Translations under genes and position numbers: made by a program | Shown here: piece by piece, positions 11,400-24,034 of the stretch | Layout: each line of letters starts with the position of its first letter | Numbering within the stretch: position 1 is the stretch's first letter | Origin: Heterodontus francisci | Lineage: Eukaryota | Direction: 5' to 3' | Length of the DNA stretch: 64,000 nt | Assembly: GCF_036365525.1 (NCBI RefSeq) | Contig: NC_090379.1 | Coordinates: 92,489,206 to 92,553,205, forward strand | Notes under the pieces: model-generated | What the model was told of the DNA's origin: nothing | What the model saw: only the letters and a program-made list of their open reading frames with translations | Databases searched by the model: none

Positions 11400-12550
11400 A
11401 TCTTAAACAGAATGACTTATGCTACATAACTGGAAAATAAATTTCCATCCAAAAAGCAATTTCAAACGAAAGCTGCATTCTCTCTGCATTCTTCCTAATA
11501 GAGAGAAAACTGAATGTGACTAGACAGCAGTCTGTACTGTTTACTGCATTCTGTGCAGCACCACAAGCTTTTCTTCCAGCCTTAGCCACGTCAGTTGGGT
11601 GCACTGCAGATTGCAGTTGGCTCCATCTGTAAAAATGAATCCCTGACTGTGAAAAAGTAAGGCGCACAAGGAATGCAATACGAAATGGATAGATGTGAGA
11701 AAGAGATTGAAAGATGATTAAAAACATCCACTCATTGCTTGAGAAAAAAATTTACAAATGGGAAAGAAAAGTGGAAGGAAATTCTTAAATGTGTTTTAGA
11801 CGTTACTTTGTTTCTTTGAAGAGGATTAGCTTTCTGCAGCACAAGGTTCAAGCTGGTAAATAAATCCAATGGCAATATTTTAGGTTTTATTGAATTGCGA
11901 GCCAAGTATGATCAGATTTGGGATGACCACCTTGTGTGAAAATGGTACAAGCGCAAAATGAAGGGGTTCAAATACATTACTTGTCACCCCAGCGACAAAC
12001 TGAATTTATTGAAGAATGCATTGGACATGTCATGAAAACAATACTAGGCCAGGCTAAAGCAGTTAAATACTTCTCAGTAATTTGCAATACAACATCAGAC
12101 AGCTCTCACAAGGGAAAAGATAGCACCAGCAATTCGACACGTTCATCAAGTACCTGCAGCAAACTCTGATACAGGAATGTTTCTTGTACTTCAACAACTT
12201 TACCAAGAAGATTGGTGAAGAAATGGCGAAGATGGTTCGAAACACCATAGCTGAACATGGATTAGATTTCCAACTCTGTCGTAGGCAAGCTTATCTTGAT
12301 GGAGCCAACGTAGGAGGAGGAAGTGCTCCAGCTCAGCAACTCTTGGTATTGAAAGTGAGCTAAAAAAAACTCTGTAGATTTAAATAACATTACTGATTCA
12401 TTTGCTGAGAGAAAGGCAGTACTATTATATATTGAAAGTCTTAAATTATACTGAGATTTGGAAACTTTTAAACTTCTATTTTCTCTACTGTCTGTTTTAT
12501 TATAACAGATAAGTTTCTTTCATAAATTTGGCCCCTCCCCCCAAGCATGA
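11400..12550 (+). mobile_element. Internally deleted hAT (Tip100/ZMYM1-like) transposase relic
   Basis: Fragments NGNILGFIELRAKYD, IHYLSPQRQTEFIEECI, AVKYFSVICNTTSDSSHK, GLDFQLCRRQAYLDGAN, then a jump to the C-terminal ITDSFAERKA dimerisation-like end. Confidence 0.75.
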
Positions 12551-13739
12551 TGGGACTTTGGCACAGTTGGTGACTTTACCCTCCTGTTGTCAGTGGTGGT
12601 TGATTTTGTACCATTACCTTCTGGCATTTTCTAATTTAATAGAAGTGATGAAATGCAGTAGTAGAACTTCAGCTCAGTGCTGTTTTCATACTTGCATTTT
12701 ACAGATCAGCTGATTAACCCTTTCCAAGGACACCATGTTTATCCACCAGCCTTTTATTTCAGCTGTTGGGAGTAAGACAACAGATGCTGTCGCTTTTCAT
12801 ACCACCTAATAATTGATTGCATCGCTGACTTTGTAAATTCATTTTGGCTCTTTGTAACAAGTATTATTTGTTTTGATACCCTTCTTAAAATGCAGCATAG
12901 TATTTCAATCTCCCTACTCCTGCAATGGTCCCTATTTACCTCTTTTCTCTTAAATTGCATTATTTTTGTCTTTGGGAACATTTTGAGAGGAGTTCTATGT
13001 AATTTACGAGCTGAAATGTAAAACTTGCAATTAATGTTTCCTTGATTGAGAGTTCTGTACCAATAAACATAAGCATTACCCAAGTACAAAATTTTCATTT
13101 TAGGTGGTTTAAGATCTTGGACAAATAGACTATTAACCACCAGCATCGCAAAGCATATCTGGAAACTAAGCTAATTCTCGTTCCAGGCTTGCTTAATCCA
13201 CAGATTAAGAGTTTTGATGTAGAATAAGCATAGTTTGAGCAGGGAGCCTCTCCCACAATCGCTTTTCTTTGAATCTTTATCCAATTTAAGTTTGACCCTG
13301 ACTACTTGTAATAGTGGATAAAGAGTTCTTCTAACACTAACGTTTGTGGCAAAATATGACAGCAAGCCAAATTGACTATATATTTAAATATAGCCTATTT
13401 CAGGAGTCCAGGGTAACAACAGTAGGAAGTGACTTGTGTTTAGTAAGCAGAAAAGTAATTGTCCAGTTTGAGGACTGTAGTGTAATCCAGGCTGAAACTG
13501 GAGCAGCCACTGAATTGAAATCATTTTTTTCTCACCAAACTTGATGTCCTGAGCATCTACTCTGGAAAGGATGAAAACATACTCTACCTTTTGTTTTAAT
13601 GTTTTGAAGAATTGCTGGCAATCAAATACACATCAGCTTTATTCCCTGAAACATAAACTGTGGTGGAGCGCTTGCACTAAAACCACTCCACTTACAGCGT
13701 AATTTTTTTTTTGGCTAACCTGTGTGACAAAGGCAACAT

Positions 13740-14145
13740 ATGACCAGGAGTAAGGCCATTAGCTCCTTGAGCCTGTTCCACCACTCAATTAGATGATGGC
13801 TAATTTGCACCACAGCTCTGTTTACTGCCTTTGTTCCAAATTCTAAATACCCATCACCCCAGAGCAGCCTACCTCTAATTTTAAGGTTATGCTCCTTGTT
13901 CTGAACTCTCCACCAGAGGCAATAGTTTCTTTCCATCTACCTATCAAAATTTTTGAATCACCATAAACACCCCAATTAGATCTCCCCTTAATCTTCTCGG
14001 CACAGGGCAATGCAAGCCTAGCGTGTGCAGCCTGTCACCGTAATTTAACCCTTTACCTTTACTCTTTATCATTCTGGTGAATCTGCATTGCATTCTCTCC
14101 AAGGTCAGTATATCCTACTTGAAGTGCAGTGTCCAGAACTGAATG
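13740..14145 (-). mobile_element. CR1 LINE 3' fragment
   Basis: Reverse-strand CR1 3' UTR (aggccatt.agc.ccttgagcctgttccacca) and ORF2 tail. Confidence 0.75.
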
Positions 14146-14149
14146 TAGT

Positions 14150-16560
14150 AGAATCGTAGACTGGTTACAGTACAGAAGGGGGCTATTTGGCCTGCTGTAA
14201 TGCAGGCTCGCTGCAAGAGTAACGCAGCTGGTCCCATTTCCCGGTTTGTTTCCCCGTAGCCCTGAAAATATATTCTCTTCAGATAATTTTCCAATATCCT
14301 TTTGAAAGCCACGATGGAATCTGCCTCGACCACACTCTCAGGCATTCCACATCTTAACCACTCACTGCGTAGAAGTGTTTTTCCTCATGTTGCCTTTGGT
14401 TCTTTTGCCATTCACCTTAAATCCTCTAGTTCTGAACCCTTCTGCCAATGGGAACAGTTTCTCCCTATTTACTCTGTCCAGACCACTGAGGATTTTGAAC
14501 ACCTCTATCAAATCTCCTCTCAACCTTCTCTAAGGAGAACAACCCCAGCTTCTCCAGTCTGTCCTCATAGCTGAAGTTCCTCATCCCTAGAACTATTCTT
14601 GCAAATCTTTTCTGCTCCCTCTCTAATGCCTTCACATCCTTCCAAAGATGTGGTGCCTAGAATTGGACACAGTATTCCAGTTAAGGCTGAATTAGTGTTT
14701 TATAAAGGTTCACCATGGCTTCCTTGCTTTTGTATTCTATGCCTCTATTTAAAAAGCCCACGATCCTGTATGCCTTATTAACCACTTTCTCAACCTGCCA
14801 CCTTCAGCAATTTGTGCACATATACCCCCAAGTTCCTCTTCTCCTGCACCACCTTCAGAATTGTAGCCTTTATTTTATATTGTGTTCGCCTTTTTTCTCC
14901 TAAAATGTATCACTTCACACTTTTCTGCATTAAATTTCATCTGCCACATGTCCGCCAATTCCACCAGTCTGTCTATGTCCACTTGAAGTCTGTCTCTATC
15001 CAGCTCACAGTTCACAATACTTGCAGCCTTTGTGTCGTCTGCAAATGTTGAAATTGTGCCTTGCAAACCCAAGTTTAGGTCATTAATATAGATCAAGAAA
15101 AGCAGTGGTCCTAACGCTGACCCCTGGGGAACCTGACTATATACCTTTCTCCAATCCGAAAAATTCAGCACTACTCTCTGTTTCCTGTCACACAGGCAAC
15201 TTCATATCCATGCTGTCCCTTTCCCTTTTATCCCTGGGGTTTTAACTTTGCTGACGAGCCTGTTTTGTGGCACTTTATCTCCTCATCCTTCATCAACCCT
15301 CTCTGTTACCTCATCAAAAGATTCAATCAAGTTAGTTAAACACGATTTGCCTCCAACAGGTTTGTGCTGGCTTTCCTTAATTCATCCACATTTGTCCAAG
15401 TGACACTTAATTTTGTTCCAGATTATTATTTCTTAAAGCTTTCCCACCACCGAGGTTAAACTGACTGGCCTGTAGTTGCTGAGCTTATCCTTGCACCCTT
15501 TTTTGAACAAGTGTGTAACATTTTTCAGTTCCCCAGTCCTCTGGCACCACTCCTGTATTTAAGGAGGATTGGAAGATTTTGGCCAGTACCTCCGCAATTT
15601 CCGCCCTTACTTCCCTCAGCTCACTACCACCTTCTCAAGGGCAATTAGGCATGGGAAATAAATGCTGGCCTGGCTAGAGACGCCCAAAATCCCATGAATG
15701 AATTTTTAAAAAAGCATCCTTGGATGCATCCCTTCTGGCCCTGGCGACTAATCAACTTCAAGTACAGCCAGCCTTTCTAACACGTTATCAATTTTTATCC
15801 TGTCCAGTGTCTCAACTACCTCCTCTTTCACTATGACTTTGGCAGCATCTTCTTCCTTTGTAAAGACAGGTGCAAAGTACTCATTTAGTTCATCAGCCAC
15901 TCCATCTTTCTTTCTTGATACCTAAATCTCCTTTTTGGTCCTTAATCATCCTCGCTCCTCCCATTACCACTTTTTTACTATTTATATGCCAATAGAAGAT
16001 TTTTGGATTTCCTTTTATGTTAGCTGCCAGTTTCTTCTAAAACACTCTGTCTGCTTCTCTAATTTCTTTTTCACTTGCCCTCTGAACTTTCTATATTCAA
16101 CTTGCTTCTCACTTGTATTATCAACCTGACGTCTGTCATACGCACCCTTTTTCTGCTTCATCTTACTCTCTATCTCTTTTGTCATTCAGGGAGTTCTGAC
16201 TTTGTTTGTCCTACCTTCCTCCTCATGGGTATGTACCTCAACTGTTCTCAAACTATCTCCTATTTAAAGGCAGCTCATTGTTCTGCTACAGTTCTGCCTG
16301 CCAATCTTTGATTCCAATTTACCTGAGCCAGATTCGTTCTCACTGCACTGAAATTGGCCCTCCTCCAATTAATTATTTTTACTCTAGATTGCTTCTTGTC
16401 CTTTTCCATTGTTAACTTAAACCGTATGGTACTATGATCACTGTCTCCTAACTGTTCCCCTAGACAACTGATCCACTTGATCCAAATCATTCCCCAGAAC
16501 CAGATCCAGCAATCCCTCCTTCCTCATTGGACTGGCAACAAACTTATCTAGAAAATTCTC
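14150..16560 (-). mobile_element. CR1 LINE, 5'-truncated ORF2
   Basis: ORF 14875..15171 VPQGSALGPLLFLIYINDL...FADDTK...WQMKFNAEKCEVIHF; endonuclease-end motifs LLDLVLGN and LGDSDH. Confidence 0.9.
15621..15712 (+). mobile_element. Very short 3' tail of the second LINE family (or its SINE) inserted into CR1
   Basis: ccaccttctcaagggcaattagg...aataaatgctggcc...cccatgaatgaa + A run; splits the host CR1 sequence. Confidence 0.8.
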
Positions 16561-16569
16561 TTGTTCTAG

Positions 16570-17220
16570 ATTGGTATAACCAGAGCTTTTATACAACTTT
16601 AGCATAACTTCTACCCCTTTGTAATCCAGCTCCCTTGGGATAAAGGCCAGCATTCCATTAGCCTTTTGAAATTATTTTTTGTACTTATCCACTAGCTTTT
16701 AGACACAGACCCCTAAATCTCTCTCCGCCTTCACAGTGCCTAGCTTTTTACCATTTAGCAAATACAGTGATCTATCTTTCTTGGGTCCAAACTGTATAAG
16801 CTCGCACTTCCCCACATTGACCTCCATCTGCCACAATTTTGCCCACACATTTAATCTATCAATGTCCCTTTGCAACTTTCTGCTCTCAGCTACACTCTTA
16901 TTGTACACCTAACTTAGTGATAAACTTAAAAGATGGCTCTCTATTCCTTTATCTAAGTCATTGATAAATATGTGAAAAGTTGAGGTCCCAGTACAGATCC
17001 CTGGGGACACCACGAGTCACATCCTGCCAATCGGAATACTCTCTCTCTTTGGCCTCCTTGTCTCGAGAGACAATGGGTAAGCGCCTGGAGGTGGTCAGTG
17101 GTTTGTGGAGCAGCGCCTGGAGTGGCTATAAAGGCCAATTCTAGAGTGACAGACTCTTCGGAATACATAGTCATTGTCCCTACTCTCTGTCTCCTACCTC
17201 CTAATCGATTTCACACCCTT
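16570..17220 (-). mobile_element. CR1 RT fragment
   Basis: PQGSVLGPQLF, LQRDIDRLNVWAKLWQME, MLAFIPRELDYKG. Confidence 0.8.
17040..17157 (-). mobile_element. 118-bp 3' tip of an RTE-clade LINE
   Basis: Near-identical to about 50680-50790; 9-bp TSD tcggaatac (17031-17039, 17158-17166). Confidence 0.88.
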
Positions 17221-17614
17221 ATGTGGGATTGTTTCAAGAGGTTCATACCCTCAACTATATCTAATGACTTGTTCTTAACTTGAAAAGAGTTGAAAATTTG
17301 ACTCCTCTTTGGAGCCCAAGAAATTTAATGTTGTATTTGATACTGCTCAGATCGAAGCTTGCCACTCCTGAGGCTGCAGTGCAGTTGGGAGATTCTTCAA
17401 TCAGTGGTCTTCAGTCTGGCATAAATTCCAATAGCAGTGGAGATAGGGCAGAAGATAAGGCGCTCAAATTCTTTGCTGTCTGATGTCTGCTAACGAAAGT
17501 TATATTTCCTTGTAAGGAAGGTTGTGATGTGGTTTTGCTTGCCTCACTCAATGTTCTTTGCTTGATAACAATATTTTCAGAGTATCAATTACCAGAGATT
17601 TAAAATCCAAGTCC

Positions 17615-20600
17615 TCGCACAGTGGTTATGTTATTGGACCAGTAATCCAGAAGCTTGGACTAATAATTTGGAGACATGAGTTCAAATCCCACAATGGCAG
17701 TCTGGGAACTTGAATTTAGTTAATTTAGTAAATCTGGAATTAATAGATAGTGTTTGTAATGGTGATCATGAAGCCTTTGGATTGTCGCAAGCACTTAGTT
17801 GCATCAAACAGCTACAATAAGATACACGAAGAATAAATCCAGATGAACCACACGACATCCCCTAAGTATCTGATTTGGATATGACAAATACAACCCTGCA
17901 AAGTCCTCCTCACTACCCTCTGGGAATTGTGCCAAAGAAAAGCTGTCCCACAGGCATGCTGTGCCCATCGGGGCTCAGATAGTAGTGATGTTACTGAGCC
18001 ACTCTTGGTGATGAATGAACATTGAAGTCAGTTACCCAGAGTAAATTCCTAGTATGGGTATAATTCTGTGAGATGATGATTGGCCGAGGTCCCAGACTCC
18101 TTCATTACCATCATGTTCTACCGGCAAGACAGGCTCATCAGAGGTGGCAGCACAATGATATACAGACTGGAGGGAGTGGCCCTGGGAGTCTTCAACATTG
18201 AGTCCTGACACCATAAAGTCTATTGTCTTCAGGCCAAACGTAAGCAAGGAAACCTCCTGTTGATACCACTTGCTGCCCTCCCTCAGCTAATGAATCACTA
18301 CTCCTCCATGTTGAACACCACTTGGAAAAAGTATGAGGGTAGAAAGAGCACAGAATGTACTCTGGTGAGGAACTTCAATATACATTACCTTGAGTGGCTT
18401 GGCCGTATCACTGCTGATCAAGTCTTGAAGGGCCTAGCTGCCAGATTGGGCATGCGGCAGATGGTGAAAGAACTAAAACAATGGGAAATACTTGACTACT
18501 TCCTCGCCAATCTACCTGTTCTAGATGCATTTGTCCATGACATCGTTCTTGTAGAGACAAAGTCCCATCTTGCCACTGAGGACATTCTCCATTGTGTGGT
18601 ATGTTGCCACCACCGTACTCGATGGGATAGTTTCAGAATAGACATAGTAGCTCAGAACTGGGCTCCATGAGGGACGTGGGCCATCAGCAGCAAGAGAATT
18701 GTATCCTACCACAATCTAATCTCGTGGCCTGGCATATCCCTCACTTTACCATTACCGTCAAACCAGACAAGGAACCCTAATCCAATGAGGAATGTAGAAG
18801 AGCATGTCAGGACCAGGCAAACCTAAAAATAATGTACCAACCTGGTGAAGATACAAGACTGAACTACAACATGCATACTAAAGAGCAGAAGCAACATGCT
18901 GTGGACAGAGCAAAGCAATCCCACAACCAACGGCTCTGCAGCCCTGCCACAACCAGTCGTGAATGGTGGTGGATAATTAAAGAACTAACAGGAGGAGGCT
19001 CCTTGAACATTCCCATTCTAAATGTTGGCAGAGCCCAGCACATGAATGCAAAGGCCAAGGCTGAAGCATTTGCAACCATCTTCAGCCAGATGTACCAAGT
19101 GGGCGGCCCATCTCTGCCTTGGCCTGAGTATCCCACTATCACAGATGGTCAATCTTGAGCCAATTTAACTCACTCCATGTGATATCAAGAAACAGCTGAG
19201 CACACTGGATACAGAAAAGGCTATGGGCCCTGATAACAGCTCGACTGTAGTGCTGAAGATCTGTGCTTCAGAACTAGTTGTGCTTCTAGCCAAGCTGTTC
19301 CAGTACAGCTACGACACTGGCATCTACCCAATAATGTGGAAAATTGTCTAGCTATGTCCAGTCCACAAAAAGTGCAACAAATCCAATCCAGCCGATTACC
19401 ATCCCATTAGTCTACTCTTGATCATCAGCAAATTAATGGAAGATGCCCTTGAAGATGTTATCAGGTGGCACTTACTCAGTAATAACCTGTTCACTGATGC
19501 TAGTTTGGATTGTGCTAGGACAACTCGGCTCCAGACCTCATTGCGGCCTTGGTCCAAGCATGGACAAAAGCTGAATTCCAGCGGTGAGGCGAGAGTGGCT
19601 GCCCTTGACATCAAGGCAACATTTTGAGCAAGTGTGGCATCAAGGAGCCTTAATAAAATTGAAGTCAGTTTGAAGCAGAGGAAAACTGTTCACTGGCTGG
19701 AGTCATACCTAGCACAAAGGAAGATGGTGTGGTTGTTGGAGGCCAATCATCTCAGCCCCAGGACACCACTGCAGGAGTTCCTCGGGGCAGTGAGCTACGC
19801 CAAACCATCTTCAGTTGCTTCATCAATGACCTTCCCTCCGTCATAAGGTCAGAAGTCAGGATTTTCACTAACGATTGCACAGTGTTCAGTTCCATTCACA
19901 ACTCTGCAGATAATGAAGCAGTCTGTGTCCACACGCAGCAAAGTCTGGACAATGTTCAGGCTTGGGCTGATAAGTGGCCAGTAGCATTCACGCCACACAA
20001 GTGTCAAGCAATGGCAATCTCCAACAAGAGAGAGTCTAACCACCTCCCCTTGACATTCAACAGCACTACTATTGCTGAATCCCCCACCATCAACATCCTG
20101 GAGATCACCATTGAGCACAAATATAACTGGACCAACCATGTAAATACTGTAGTTACAAGATCAGAGGCTGGGTATTCTACGGTAATTCACCTCCTGACTC
20201 CCCAAAGCCTGTCAACCATCTACAAGGCACAAGTCAGGAATGTGATGGATTACTCCCCACTGGCCTGAATGAGTGCAGCTCCAACAATGCTCATGAAACT
20301 TGACATCATCCAGAACAAAACAGCCTGCTTGATTGGCATCCATCCACCACATTAAACATTCACACCAGCGGTGCACTGTGGCTGCAGTGAGTGCCATCTA
20401 CAAGATGCACCGAGCAAGGCTTGTTCAACAGCACCTTTCAAACTCGTGATGTCTACCGCCTGGAAGAACAAGGCAGTAGACACGTGGGAACAGCACGACC
20501 TGTAAGATCCCTCCAAGTCACACGCCATCTCAACTTGGAACTATATCGTCATTCCTTCATTGTTGCTGGGTTATAATCCTGGAACTCCCTACCTAACAGC

Positions 20601-20740
20601 AATGTGGGAGTACCTATGCCAAAAGGACTGCAGCAGTTCCAGAAGGCGGCTCACCATCACCTTCTCTAGGACAATTAGAAATGGGCAGTAAATGTTGGCC
20701 TTGCCAGCAACACCCACATACCATGAATGATTTAAAAAAG
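17615..20740 (+). mobile_element. Decayed ~3.1-kb non-LTR retrotransposon (CR1/L2-group RT) with a tRNA-like 5' head
   Basis: A/B-box-like head; APE relics (RNFNIHYLEWLG, ILDYFLANLP); RT AGVPRGSELRQTIFSCFINDLP, WADKWPVAFTPHKCQ, LSTIYKAQVR; A-rich tail. Confidence 0.85.
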
Positions 20741-20789
20741 AAATATTTACTTCCCTAAAGTGTTATTGGGTAGTGAGATGCAGATTTGG

Positions 20790-20975
20790 GGAGAGTGGCT
20801 GGGCCATTGAACATATTCAAGGCTGAGTTAGATAGATTCTTGATAGACAAGGGAGTCAAGTGTTATGGGGGACAGACAGGAAAGTGGAGTTGAGGCCACA
20901 TTCAGGTCAGCCATAATCTGATCAAATGGCAGTGCGGGCTCAAGGGGCCAAATCACCTACTCCTCCTAATTCATA
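20790..20975 (+). mobile_element. CR1 3' end fragment
   Basis: atattcaaggctgagttagatagattcttg...gggctcaaggggccaaat. Confidence 0.75.
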
Positions 20976-21940
20976 TACTACGCATGTTCAAGTGCTAGCT
21001 GTAAGATTCAAGTGGTCTAATTTGTTCACTGCAATCTAGACAATTACTGTATCATATGTAGTTTTAGTTTAAATGCATTATAGCACTTTCTTCTGTATAT
21101 TTTTAATTGTTGTGGCTACAAGTGGTGCTGGACTTAATTGTAGAAATGCTTTATTTTGCTTGTTGTACTCGGAAGGTCTTGTGTGTTAGGGGCCTAATGA
21201 CTAGGAGATGAGAACTTTTGGCTTCGGGCAGTTCAGACCAGGTCTTCTCTGTTGAAGGCTGAGAATTCATTTGGAGGTTTGTTGGAATTTTCCCCAGGGA
21301 TTTCTTGGGGACCAGATCAGAAGGGGAGATATTGGATGACTGTTCAGTTTATTAGCTGAAGTGCTTCAAGATGCATGTTTCTAAGGGAGAAGTGGGAGTT
21401 TGTAAGTGCTTTGAGTTATTTTTGAGTTATTCTTGCAGTCTTCCTTGAGTTGATCTTGTTAAAACTATGGAGCCATCTGACTTTCACCCTACTGTGCAAC
21501 CGCACCAGTGAGCCAAGTGCATCCATTTCTGTAGAACATGCTGTCAAGGAAGTGAAGTTGGCTGGGCAAGGGAGTTCTGACAAATGTTCAGCTGGATCTC
21601 CCCTTGCAGATTTTCATCGAAGTTTACAGGGTGGCTAAGGATCTGGGCATTTTTTTGTTGGCATTGGATGGAAATGTTTTTACAGGGCAACTTGACATAA
21701 TTGTATTATTGCCATGAGTAAAACTAACCAAAATTAAACCTGTTCAATTTCCTATTCTGGTTCCCCATTCACAATCCCACACCACACACGATACCAGACT
21801 CCGTGTTCGCCAACTAAGACTGGAAATTTATCGCGACAGCTCTTGTGGGATACTTATGGCACATCGTGTATACTAATTGATGTGTTCATTACTTTTAACA
21901 TGTCTTCTCATGTTCTATAATAAGCTTTACATCCTCAGGG

Positions 21941-22165
21941 ATAAAAACAAGAAATGCTGGAATCACTCAGCAGGTCTGGCAGCATCTGTGAAAAGAGAAG
22001 CAGAGTTAACGTTTCGGGTCAGTGACCCTTCTTTGGAACCGAAGAAGGGTCACTGACCCGAAACGTTAACTCTGCTTCTCTTTTCACAGATGCTGCCAGA
22101 CCTGCTGAGTGATTCTAGCATTTCTTGTTTTTATTTCAGATTTCCAGCATCCGCAGTATTTTGCT
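21941..22165. mobile_element. Palindromic Penelope-like element (family A): 93-bp arms + 31-nt tail, 15-bp TSD
   Basis: 21941-22033 vs 22042-22134 are reverse complements with one mismatch; TSD tttacatcctcaggg at 21926-21940 and 22166-22180; centre carries ccgaagaagggtcactgacccgaaacgttaac. Confidence 0.9.
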
Positions 22166-23014
22166 TTTACATCCTCAGGGGTTCACCAATAACTAACCTA
22201 GTGCATATCCTCTTGTAGGTTAAGATTATTTTCTAATTTTGAATTCTCTATACAGAATAGCAGGTACATTGAAAAATTAGGGAATTTGAATGTAACTGAG
22301 GAAATGTCGTAATTAGAGAAAAAGATGTATTGCATCCAGAAATCTTTGTGATTGATGTTGAATTTTGTTTCATAGCAGACATGAATTAGTGATTACCTTT
22401 CTATTCCTAATTGTTTTACGTTAGGATTCTTGTCTTTTAAAGAGGTTTTGGATGATGTCAAAGCTAATACTTGGGGGAGGGGGGTGCTGTGTGTTGCTTG
22501 GGCAGTGAAGGTAGAAGAATTGAGAGATTTATGAGTTTGGCATGTGGAGCAAAATACTGAAGTAAGGCAGCGAGGAAGCTTCAGCGGTACCACACTGAAC
22601 ACCTTTGATTTAAATCCAGAGTGAAAGAGTAGACTTGACTGGTATTTTAACTGTATTTTCTTTAATTGTGTTTTATTATCTGTTTGCCAGTGTGCTATAT
22701 TTCTGAATTTGAGGATAATGTGACTACTTACCCTATCAGATGAACTTCTGTTTAATCTCTTGTACAAATCTGCAATCAATTAGTTGTGGTATAAAAATCA
22801 CGATTGCTCAACAAACATAGTGTTCACATGTCTTAATCGGGATTGATTTTTCTATAGAGACATTGGTTGCTTGTTTGAAGCAGATAGGTTTGTAGTGCAT
22901 CTCTGCATAACATAACATAAACACATGGCAGAGGTAAATACTCTAATAATCAAAATTTCTGCAGGTGAGTAGTTTACTAGGATATGTTTTGTAACCCCTG
23001 TGTTCTTCTTGTAG

Positions 23015-23228
23015 CTCCTTGCTCCGTTATGGAGGAAAACTTCCCATGCAGAGTGCCATGAGTGTCCGCTTCAATAGTAGTGGGACCCAGCTGTTGGCAC
23101 TGCGGCGTCGCCTGCCTCCAGTATTATATGACATTCACTCGCCACAGTCTGTGTTTGAGTTTGATAACCAAGGATATTTCAATTCCTGCACTATGAAGAG
23201 CTGTTGCTTTGCAGGAGACCGTGATCAA
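23015..23228 (+). CDS. DCAF5: DCAF5 exon (likely 6), 214 nt: SLLRYGGKLPMQSAMSVRFNSSGTQLLALRRRLPPVLYDIHSPQSVFEFDNQGYFNSCTMKSCCFAGDRDQ
   Basis: ttcttcttgtAG acceptor, GTAAGT donor at 23229; highly characteristic DCAF5 peptide; overlaps ORF 23019..23315. Confidence 0.97.
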
Positions 23229-24034
23229 GTAAGTGAAAATCATTTAAAAGGAATGACTGGGAAAGTAGCTTTTAGCTACTTAAATTCACATCTGATGGGG
23301 TCTGAGAGACCTTAAAAGTAAGCTAATAGCTCAACATTGCATGAAATTGTTTGTGGAATTGCTCAATCAAGCTATATGTCCTTATTTAAAAGCGGATGTG
23401 GTGTTGCTGCATAAATGTATGCCGTTTTAGGGAAAATATCACTGTTCAGTAATCTGTTGAACAATATAAGCAATTGCATGAACAAATGTCATACTTTTTT
23501 AAAAAAACACATTTACTCCTAGTGCGGGATAAAATCAGTACCACACCAAGATTTGGAAACTTTTCCAGGGAGGTAAAATGCCTGTGTTTCCTATTTGCAC
23601 ATGTCAGACATATTTCTCATGCATTTAAACAGTCAATTATTCTGTTGCTGTTATTCAGTGCAGCAGTATGTTTGGAATGTCTAGTGGACTTGTTACATTT
23701 TCATTCTCTGTCTTGTGAGAGTTTTGCATTTTTGGGTGAGCTCATAGATTAGACTTTTGAGTATTATTGTAGTGTCCATAAATTACTTTAGTTCTCTTCT
23801 TTTGAGTAAATGGGAGTCAACCAAAATGTCACAGATTTTAATGAGGTGTTCCTTAGCAAAGTTGAGCAGAAGATTAGTCTTTATGTAACAGAGTAAGTAT
23901 TAGGTTTAGGACTACTGTTCATGTTAAGAGTTGGCAGCAGAGGGTTGCACCGCTGAGTGTGCATCACTTGGTATTTGGGTAAAGCAGATCACTTAGCATG
24001 AAAACATCAATGTACTGTTATGAATGGTGGACTT

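Noticed and set aside
11936-12169. ZMYM1-like host gene exon
   Set aside because: Part of a stop- and frameshift-ridden hAT transposase relic.
21941-22134. CRISPR array or bacterial terminator
   Set aside because: A single long palindrome in a vertebrate intron; no repeat-spacer periodicity or cas genes anywhere in the window.
23229-23315. ORF continuation after the exon (VSENHLKG...)
   Set aside because: Begins at a perfect GTAAGT donor, and the proper continuation is the exon at 53988.
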